Assembly (NCBI GenBank): GCA_964619725.1
Contig: CAZUFC010000098.1
Coordinates: 1-31,838 of the forward strand
From: an uncultured bacterium
Lineage (GTDB): Bacteria > CSSED10-310 > CAZUFC01
Reading direction: 5' to 3'
Length of the DNA: 31,838 nucleotides
The notes under the pieces were generated by a model. The model was not told the origin of the DNA, ran no database searches, and saw nothing but the letters and a program-made list of their open reading frames with translations. Position 1 is the stretch's first letter; the number at the start of each line of letters is the position of its first letter. Of this stretch, positions 1 through 8,500 are shown in pieces. A program made the position numbers and the translations under genes.

Positions 1-108
1 TGTCCAGCATTAAATTTTGAATCGACAATCGAGTTTATGGACAGGCACTAGATAAGTTTTTATTTTCCTCATACTGATCCATGTCAAAGTCGTCCGATAA
101 GGAAAGTC

Positions 109-223
109 GGCATTGATCAAAAAAGAGTCTTTTGAGGTTACAATTCGAAAGAATCTCCCGTCATTTTGTTTCGATTGCGAACCCGGCCCCGATACCGAAA
201 CAAACGGCATTCGATCAAAAAAA
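109..223 (+). mobile_element. MITE-like repeat copy 1, 3'-truncated, followed by a second left-end-like motif
   Basis: Starts GGCATTGATCAAAAAAGAGTCTTTTGAGGTTACAAT like the other copies and has ~4 CGANNN hexamers. The right end is missing; GGCATTCGATCAAAAAAA follows at 206-223. Confidence 0.75.
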
Positions 224-275
224 CGGCGCTGATTTCTTCAAAGAGATATCAGGCGTCAAGAGATTGCCTTTTTCC

Positions 276-2657
276 TTAAAAGTCCAGCATATAGGTAGCT
301 TTCAGAAACAATTTTCTCTGCTTCTCGATCGATTCGTCGAAAGGCAGCAGGGCCTCGGTTTCGGCATCGAACGGAGTCCATTGGTTTTCGTAGACGAGGT
401 AGAAGTTGGAACCGGGACGGTAGTTATAAGCTGCCAGCATCGATACGGCGTAATCGTCGGCGCTGTGGTCCTGATCGATATATCCTGACAGGATGGTCCT
501 TATGTGGAAGTCTCTGTTGAACGCATAGTTGAATTTGGTCCTGAAAATCCAGTTTTCCTGGTCGATCCAGTCATCATGAGTTTTTATATACTCAGAAGCA
601 GGATCGTAGCGTTCCAGCAGATTCAAGGATAATTCTGCAGACAGCTTCGACCAGAAGTTCCAGTTCACCCAGAACTCATACTGTCTGATTTTCGAATAAT
701 AATGCAGGCCGGTAGAGAATTTTATTCCTGTCTCTTTCCAGCCGCCGTCGGACCAGGATAGTCTCGTGCTGATCACATTTATACTGTTATTGCCGCCGGC
801 CAGCGTATCGGCAAACCAGGCGGCAGTCGGATTGACGATGGCGCCCTCTTCATCCCTGCTGAATTCCGTGAATTTTTCATAGGTTTCATCCTCAGCCCAG
901 TCGTAGTCGACAGAAATCCTTGCATGGCAGTCGAAACGAATGCAGCATGAAGGGTGCAATTCGAGTTTAACGACTTCAGCGAAGGTATCCCGCGGAACCG
1001 CCAGGGTGAATGGTATATTGAAGTAATAACTGTCGACCTGATGGTCTTCCCGGAAAAAATCTTCAAAGAAGAAAGCCTGATAGAAGGTGCGGTTATCCAG
1101 ATCGGAAGCGTTGACGAAACCCAGTTCCGGGTAATAACCCAGGCAAACTTCCTTGTGAAGAAATTCATAACTCCAGTTATGGCCGAATTTTACCCAGTAA
1201 ATCTGGTTATAATATTTATCGTCTGTGGGGCGATCCGCGTACCAGGGCCTTGTTTCATCTCCATACCAGGTCTGGTACCAGCTCAACAGCAGATACCGTT
1301 CGGGATTCCTGTTAACGGCATCGAATCCGGCGAGGAGATTGAAGTCGTGATCCACATCTTCGTAGAATTCATCGTGTGCATTTTCATAGGAATCGAGACC
1401 GCCGGCATTATACTTTCCGATGAACCAACCAGAAAGGGAAGATTGCTTAAGAAACGGGGATTGAAGCCTTAGCACAGAGAAGAGATTGGATTCCTGGTCG
1501 CCGTCAGCGCCCCTGACGAACAGCGCGGCGGTATCCGAATTTCCGATCTGTCCGGTGATTTTCAAACCTTCGTCTATATCTACTATTCTTCTTGAGTAAA
1601 ATGGCGTTGTGAATCCGGGCGCCATGAAGATGGCGTTGTTTTCTCTGAAGAACGGGCGTCTTTCCTGCAGAAGTATTTCTTCTCCGGTCAGATTAATCTG
1701 GTCAGGGTCTGCTTCCACCTGGGCGAAATCAGGGTTGAATGCCGCATTCAGTGTCAATTTTGGAGTAATTCCCCAGATAATATCCAGGCCGCCTTCAATG
1801 TCAGATTCAGATTCCCAGTCATTCTCAGAATCCTCTGATTCTATCCTTTCATTCGTCTGGTCCAGAGAACCGACCGCAGAAAATATGGATTGAAGCAGCA
1901 AGGGTTTGGAGACATTTTTTATGTCTGTAATATGACCGTAGAGGTTCGGATTCAAAGTGGAATTCTGATTGTCCTCAACGTAACACCATTCCGAACCCTC
2001 TTCGTTCTGCGACGAACCCCGGTAAACGTCGAATCCCCAGGTCATGTTTTCCGACCAGTTGAATCGTAATATTTTGAAGGGAATACGGAATTCGACAGCC
2101 CATCCGTCGGGAAGAGGAGCAGCGGCGGCATCCCAAACGGCATCCCATCCGATGTCCACCTGAGTGCCGTTTCCTGTAGAATAAATATCGCGTTGCGTTC
2201 CCAGAAAATTAACCTGAAAAAAATAAGCGGACCGGTGATCGTGGAAAGTGTCGATATAAAGACAAGCCGTATCGTCTACATCCAGGTTGTCGTCTCGCCT
2301 GGTGATCGATTTGAGAAGCATTTCCGGATCATCGCCGTGCATTTCCAGGGCCGCATAGAGGTATTCTTCATCATTTAAAACGCGTAGCCATGTTTCCAGT
2401 TTGCTGGGATCGCCCTTTCCAGGATCGCGGCGGCGAAAAAATTCACCCTGCAGTTCAGCCGAATTCCAGCAGTCATCGCCTAAATCACCGTCAATGACCG
2501 GCGGCATTTCTGTAAAAGTGGATGAGATACTTCTGACGGAACTCATATCATCATGGGCTTCACATTGAAGCGCAGGCAGGAAGATTGCGAGGAGAAGCGC
2601 TGGAATGATTAACGTCCATATTTCAATTCTGACATAGCTGAAAATATTCCCGATCAT
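276..2657 (-). CDS. DUF5916-family outer-membrane protein with N-terminal CBM9-like domain
   Basis: Signal peptide; PPVIDGDLGD, DTFHDHRSAYFFQVN, WDAVW and GWAVEFRIPF motifs; NPDFAQVEAD...ERRPFF...FYSRRI; beta-signal-like end LFLKATYMLDF; AAGGAAG RBS. Confidence 0.85.
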   Translation of the reverse strand: MIGNIFSYVRIEIWTLIIPALLLAIFLPALQCEAHDDMSSVRSISSTFTEMPPVIDGDLGDDCWNSAELQGEFFRRRDPGKGDPSKLETWLRVLNDEEYLYAALEMHGDDPEMLLKSITRRDDNLDVDDTACLYIDTFHDHRSAYFFQVNFLGTQRDIYSTGNGTQVDIGWDAVWDAAAAPLPDGWAVEFRIPFKILRFNWSENMTWGFDVYRGSSQNEEGSEWCYVEDNQNSTLNPNLYGHITDIKNVSKPLLLQSIFSAVGSLDQTNERIESEDSENDWESESDIEGGLDIIWGITPKLTLNAAFNPDFAQVEADPDQINLTGEEILLQERRPFFRENNAIFMAPGFTTPFYSRRIVDIDEGLKITGQIGNSDTAALFVRGADGDQESNLFSVLRLQSPFLKQSSLSGWFIGKYNAGGLDSYENAHDEFYEDVDHDFNLLAGFDAVNRNPERYLLLSWYQTWYGDETRPWYADRPTDDKYYNQIYWVKFGHNWSYEFLHKEVCLGYYPELGFVNASDLDNRTFYQAFFFEDFFREDHQVDSYYFNIPFTLAVPRDTFAEVVKLELHPSCCIRFDCHARISVDYDWAEDETYEKFTEFSRDEEGAIVNPTAAWFADTLAGGNNSINVISTRLSWSDGGWKETGIKFSTGLHYYSKIRQYEFWVNWNFWSKLSAELSLNLLERYDPASEYIKTHDDWIDQENWIFRTKFNYAFNRDFHIRTILSGYIDQDHSADDYAVSMLAAYNYRPGSNFYLVYENQWTPFDAETEALLPFDESIEKQRKLFLKATYMLDF

Positions 2658-2809
2658 CTTCCTTTTGCCTTTATTAAGATCAGTTTCGAGTCAGAAAGAT
2701 ACTGTCTTTAATACCGCTTCACACCCTCCAGCGTTCCATCTTATCAGACAAAGTCTCCGTTTTGCAGTACAAAAGTATTTGAGCCCCCGGCAACAAGGGA
2801 AGAAGTAAA

Positions 2810-2832
2810 GTAGAAGCGGCATCCTGCCGCTT
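2810..2832 (+). repeat. GTAG-type REP-like palindrome
   Basis: GTAG followed by a perfect 8-bp stem AAGCGGCA-TCC-TGCCGCTT in an intergenic region. Confidence 0.55.
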
Positions 2833-3017
2833 TCCGATGCAGGTTAGATAACCCTGAACTGCAGCGGCAAAACTAAGCTGCTTTAGAGCCCTTAAAAACG
2901 CACAAGCGCCTTTCTAATATCCATTCCTGTTTTCTGTAGCCGGTTGCTGCAATATTAATATATGTGAGTGATCCTCATTTTCCGGAAAAACTGCAAGTCA
3001 CGATAAATCAAAAAAAG

Positions 3018-5510
3018 CTAATTCCATCCAAACGTACAGGTATCCATTGAACCCTCCAGTCGGGTGATATCCGGGTCTGTCAATGCGCCGTGGAATTTTA
3101 TTCCTGTTGCGCTGCCGGCGTTTTCGGGCCAGGCGAATTCATCTATAATGATCACTTTGTTCATGCCGTGCTGGAATGATTCCGCATACCAGTCCGCGCC
3201 TTCTTCGTAGAATATCCAGGAGGGACCGAACCAGTATTCCTGGTAGACGTCCAGCACGATGAACAGGGGATTCTCGCTCATGGAACCTCCGGATTGATTG
3301 CATACCCAGGCCCACAGGAAGCAGGGGTCTCCTTGAGTAAACGCTTCGGCGGGCATTTCCAGGGTAACGCCTGTTTGCTGGCATGCCTGTGTCGGGGTCA
3401 CCGTGGCAGGAACAGATGCGGTAATGGATGGCGTAACGGTAGGGGATGCCGGTGTTCGAGTGGGAGTATTCGTGTACGGACCTTGAGTAGGCGTCAATGT
3501 TTCAACCGGAGCAGTGCCCGTCGGAGCGACGGTAGGCGTCCAGGTTGGCGTCGGCGCTGCATTGGGATAATGATAACCCAGATCGACTACGCCGGCGTCC
3601 GTCGAAAGATCGGCAAGAACGCCGAGTTCATCCATGCAGACTTCACCGCTGCTTATAGGAAAGCAGATGTTTTCGGCCAGGTCGCTCCCGATATTCAGGC
3701 ACGGAGAAGTATAATCCAGATGATATTCTCCGTAAGGACCTGAAGCGAATTCCGGATCGACATTCGTATTATTGCCGCCGGGACCGGACCATCCTCCTCT
3801 GACGTCGGAATAGTCGACCGTAACGGTTCCGTCTTCGATATATATTTCTTCATCCGGTATTTCGGTATCCCACAGGATCGAATTAGTTATCTGCACGGAA
3901 GCGCCGTTTTCGCAATACAGTCCGTAGCCGTGACCTAAAGTTTCATCCGCCAGGTTGTCTGCCAGGGTGCAATTGACGATTTCGGTATTGCCTCCGGAAA
4001 TATGGATGCCGCCTCCGTTCAGCCTGGTATAGTTGTTCACGATAATGCAGTTGTTGAGGGTCGATTGATCTCTCAGGCAGAGCGCTCCGCCGTCGGGACC
4101 GAATTCGGGATCGCAGGTTCCCCTGTTGTCTTCAAACCAGCAACTCGTGATGGTGATAGCAGACCAGTTGCAAACAGCGCCGCACCCTCCGATATAAGTG
4201 CCTTCATTATCGATGAAAACGCAATTCTCGACTGTAGTGTCGGAACCGCCGTAATTCATCAAAGCGCCGCCGTTTGAGCTGGATGTGTTGCCTATGAAGG
4301 TGCAGTATGTTATCAGCGGTGTCGCTGAGTCGTAACAGACCACGGCGCCTCCGTCGCTGTGACTGGAATTGACGGAAAAATAACAGTTGGATATAGTCGG
4401 CGCTGACTGGTCTTCGCAGGCGACGCCGCCGCCGCTGCCGTGAGCGTAGTTGCGGTAGAAACGGCAATCGGCAATATTGGGATTTGAGTGAAAGTTCGCC
4501 ATGATGCCGCCGCCGAAGCGTCCTTCGTTGTTTTTAAAGGTGCAATCGTTGATGGCGGGATCGGAATAGGAATGAACGTAAATGCCGCCTCCGCCGTCTA
4601 CAAACAGGTTGAAACCGACGTTTTCGATGAAGGTGCATCGTGAGATCACAGGATCGGAGCCGTATGTGCAGCAGATGCCTCCGCCGCCGATAGCTGCGTT
4701 ATTTTTCAGGAATGTGCAGTCGTTAATGACGGGCGAACTTGTCCAGCACATTATGCCCGCTCCGTAATAGCACTGATGCCACAGGTCCATCGTATTCTGG
4801 AAATCGCAATCCGTTATGACGGGAGAGGAATTTTCGCAATAGACGCATGCGCCGTAGTCCTCAGGCGCATAACCGTTCCTGATCGTCAGACCTTCCAATC
4901 TCGAATCCGCTTCTTCACCGCTCTGAAACAGAAAGGCGCGTCCATCGCCTTCGCAATCGATGACGGTAAGCCCCTTGCCCTCTTCAGATTTAATGGTAAT
5001 GGCTTTTCCTCCGAAATCGATATTCTTGTTGGCCGCTCCGGTATAAGTTCCTTCGCTTATCAACACCGTATCCCCGTCGATACAGGCTGCCACCGCTTCC
5101 TGAATGGTTTCGTAATCCGCGGGTACACGGCGTGTCGTTCCGCCCGTCGGCGTGGAAGTGGGAGTGGATGTCGGCGTCGGAGTAGAAGTGACGGTGGGTG
5201 TTGGGGTTGAAGTGAAATAATCGGCTCTCCTGCTCAGGAGATTACCCGCTGCATCGTAGGTATAGACGAATTTTATTCCTTCGCCGTAATCGGCTTCTAT
5301 CAATCTTCCCGCATCATCGTAGGTATAGGATATGGAGGCTGCATGCACCGGATGAACCCCTATGATTATCACTGCCGCAATCAACGCACAGGTGAAAAAC
5401 TGAAGACTCACTCCGATGACTTTAAACAACATTGAGCATGTCGAATTATCATGCAAAGACCCGCATTTCTGGCTTACCGCTGTGACAATTTGCTTTTTCT
5501 TTGCTTTCAT
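3018..5510 (-). CDS. Exported protein: short YD-repeat module, Thr/Pro linker, right-handed parallel beta-helix, Thr/Pro linker, C-terminal domain of unknown function
   Basis: Signal peptide ending VHA; YTYDDAGRL...YTYDAAGNLLSR; VPADYETIQEAV...GDTVLISEGTY; repeated GGG(I/V)xC...PxIxxCxFxxN; DPEF...YHLDYTSPC. Starts 16 bp after the Rhs stop. Confidence 0.85.
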   Translation of the reverse strand: MKAKKKQIVTAVSQKCGSLHDNSTCSMLFKVIGVSLQFFTCALIAAVIIIGVHPVHAASISYTYDDAGRLIEADYGEGIKFVYTYDAAGNLLSRRADYFTSTPTPTVTSTPTPTSTPTSTPTGGTTRRVPADYETIQEAVAACIDGDTVLISEGTYTGAANKNIDFGGKAITIKSEEGKGLTVIDCEGDGRAFLFQSGEEADSRLEGLTIRNGYAPEDYGACVYCENSSPVITDCDFQNTMDLWHQCYYGAGIMCWTSSPVINDCTFLKNNAAIGGGGICCTYGSDPVISRCTFIENVGFNLFVDGGGGIYVHSYSDPAINDCTFKNNEGRFGGGIMANFHSNPNIADCRFYRNYAHGSGGGVACEDQSAPTISNCYFSVNSSHSDGGAVVCYDSATPLITYCTFIGNTSSSNGGALMNYGGSDTTVENCVFIDNEGTYIGGCGAVCNWSAITITSCWFEDNRGTCDPEFGPDGGALCLRDQSTLNNCIIVNNYTRLNGGGIHISGGNTEIVNCTLADNLADETLGHGYGLYCENGASVQITNSILWDTEIPDEEIYIEDGTVTVDYSDVRGGWSGPGGNNTNVDPEFASGPYGEYHLDYTSPCLNIGSDLAENICFPISSGEVCMDELGVLADLSTDAGVVDLGYHYPNAAPTPTWTPTVAPTGTAPVETLTPTQGPYTNTPTRTPASPTVTPSITASVPATVTPTQACQQTGVTLEMPAEAFTQGDPCFLWAWVCNQSGGSMSENPLFIVLDVYQEYWFGPSWIFYEEGADWYAESFQHGMNKVIIIDEFAWPENAGSATGIKFHGALTDPDITRLEGSMDTCTFGWN

Positions 5511-5526
5511 AGTTCTACCCTCGCTT

Positions 5527-8500
5527 CTACATTATCGAGTCGGTTTCCAGGAATTTGTCTTCCCAGGGTTTCGTCGGGTCTTGATTCCACTCTTCCGGGA
5601 TGTCGTCGATATGCTGTTCCAGGTATTTCCATTCCTCCGGGGTCATGGTTTCGCCGGGGAACAGTTCCCATTGGATAATTATATCCTGCTTCAGTTTCGT
5701 ATCTTCTATGGACGTTCCCTCCATCTCAGAGTGACCTCGGACTTGAACCGGTTTGCCCTTCTCCTTATCATTTTTGGGTTGATTCGCCTGATTTTCCGCC
5801 TGCTGTTCCTGGTTGGATTTATTCTGGTCATGTCCGTTTTTGTCCTGTTTTTTGCCGTCTTTGTCCCCATATTTATCCCATCCACCTCTTGCCAGTCGCG
5901 TGTCAAAATCCTTGATGACGGTTATCTCTTTGAATTTACGGATGATATCTCTTAACTTTTTCCGAATGTCGGAGAGCGACTCCTGGTTGGGTTTGTTGCC
6001 CGCTTCACGGGTCCCGTCGGGTTGAGTTCCCCGGACGTCAGTGGTGTCGACCGGTTCGTTCCGGGCGTATTGGTAAGGGTTAAGCAACCGGGGATCATTG
6101 ATCCGGGGCCATATCACATCCCTTGAAAGGAACCTGGCTGTAACAGCGTCGTAGAATCTCGTTCGCATGTGATATAACGTTCCATCCTGGTTTTCCTGCC
6201 TGACGCCCCATTGACCTACGAAGGTGAAAGGTTGTTCGCTTACTCCTTCATGATGGAGCAGGCTGCCGTAGGGCGTGTAGGCGTATGAGTCTGTAACGGC
6301 GCCGGCAGCGTCAGTCAGGGCGATCGTGGAGCCGATGCGGTCAAAATGATAGAAGTAAACGGCGTTTCCTTCTGAGGCATCGATGCAGTAAAGGATTCTT
6401 CCTGCAGGCGTGCAGACGTAGTAGCGGACGAACTGGCCTGTTCCCTCATCCTTTTCAGCCACAATGGGCGATAGTCCTAGGGCATAGTTGAAATAATACA
6501 GCATCGTATCGCCGGTTTCGGTACGGCTTGCGAGGTCGCCGAAACCGGTATAGGTGAAATTGACGCTGTTTCGCATGGTCATTCTTCCCGCGCCGTCCCA
6601 GTCGTATGTATCTTCCGGCGAGCCGGTAAGGCGTCCCCGTTCGTCATAGGCATAACCGGCGCTGCTGACCTGTGAAGCGGCATCATAGGTAAAAACATCC
6701 TCAACCGCAGTGATATAATCAGCAGGGTCTGCCGGAAGCGTCAAGTCCGCATGGATGACCTGTCCGGCTTCGTCCAGCGTATAAGCAAGTTCTGCAAACG
6801 TTCCATGAGTTATGCGGGTGAGTCTTCCCGCATCATCGTAATGGTATTGAGTTTCAATGCCGTTGGAACGTTCGATGCCTGTTATGAGGCCGTCGTCGTC
6901 ATACGTCAGGTCCGCCTGGGCGCCTGCAAGAGTGTCGCTGACCTGCATCAGGTCTCCTGTGAGAGGATCGTAGTCGTATTCGACGGTGAAAAGACCGTCG
7001 GCGTATGTGACGCTTGCAAGCCTGCCGCCGTCGTCGTAAGCAGCGCCGAATGTTTCTCCGTGCAATGTCGTTTCTATGAAATATTCTTCCTCGTCGTAAT
7101 CGAAAGAGATATTGTTCGTTTCCAATAAGAGATTCAGATCGCCGTCATAGGTGTAGTCTATCGTAGGACCTCCGGTAAACGATTGCTGGAGTATATTGCC
7201 GGCGGCGTCGTAACTGCGGACTTGCGTCCCGCCTTCAGGATAAGTCGATACATCAAGTCGCCCCCGGTGATCGTATGTGTGCGACCATTCATTGCCCAGG
7301 GGGTCGGATAACGAGGTCAACCGGTTCATGTCGCTGTATTCCCACAACCAGTTCTCTCCGTTCAAATCGGTTAACTGCTGGATAGAACCCAGGTCGTTTC
7401 TTGCGTAAAAAGCCGTGCCGATTTCCGGCATGGTAACGCTGTCCAGTTTATCCCAGCCGTTGTATTCAAATTCTATAGCTCTGTCCAGTTCATCAATGAT
7501 TTCCACGGTGCGATTCATCTCGTCCGGCACGAACTCCTTGTGATGTCCCAGAGGATCAATCCTGAACAGGATGAACCCCAGGTCATTGGAAATATAAGTG
7601 GTCGTGCGTCCTTCAGGGGACGTTTCCGATGCAATGACTCCTTCATCGTCATACGATGATAACCAATCACGGTCCGCTATGGACTGCCTGTTTTCCCATC
7701 CGGTGGCGGTATAGCCCGTCTCCTTGACCAGTCCGTTCGGATCGGTAACGGCCGACAAGCGGCCCATGGCGTCATAAACGTAAGACGCTGTTTTTCCACG
7801 GCGGTCCTGGAGCTGCTCCAGTCTGTCGTTCATATCATACTGGCGTTGGGTCGAGTTTCCCTTTGCGTCTGTGAGCGTCGTGAGGTTACCGTTGGCGTCA
7901 TAGGAATATATCAGGCTGTTTCCCCTTTCATCCGTCCATATTCGCAGCCTGTTCTGGTCGTCCAGGACCATTTCGACATAACTGTCGTCGGGCGGCGGAT
8001 GAAAAATTTTCGTGTTGCGGCCCAGCTCATCATATTCATACGAAGTCGTTCCTGTTTCCGGATCGTGGCTCGTCGCCATCGTTCCGTCGGAATTGTAAGT
8101 GAAAGAATTTATTCCGCCTGCGTGATTGGTGTTGGTCAGCAGCAAACCCCTCGAATCGAAGGTCTGAGTCGATGTCTTGCCCCCGCGGTTCCTGTAACTG
8201 ACGATATTGCCGTTCGGATCATGCATATACTGTTCATATGTCCCGTCTGGATAGTCTATGCGAGTTAGCTTATAAAAGGTGAAGCCGCCGTACGGCCTCT
8301 CCTCGAATGTATATGACGTCGTGTGTCCCTCAGCGTTCGTCCTGGATGCCGCTTCGCCCGTCGGAAGATGATACGTGAATTCCGTTATGCCGCCTAACCT
8401 GTCTATCCGTTTCGTCAGTTGCCCCAGTCCGTCGTATTCGAAATAAATCGAAGCGCCTGCAGCATCGCAACGACGAACCAGACGGCCCTCTTCATTGAAA

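Noticed and set aside
10-488. ORFs 10-210 (-) and 132-488 (+)
   Set aside because: They overlap MITE copy 1 or lie antisense to the DUF5916 gene, with no recognisable motifs.
5416-5955. Hydrophobic 179-aa plus-strand ORF as an Rhs immunity protein
   Set aside because: It is antisense to the A-rich Rhs tail, which explains the Phe/Leu richness.
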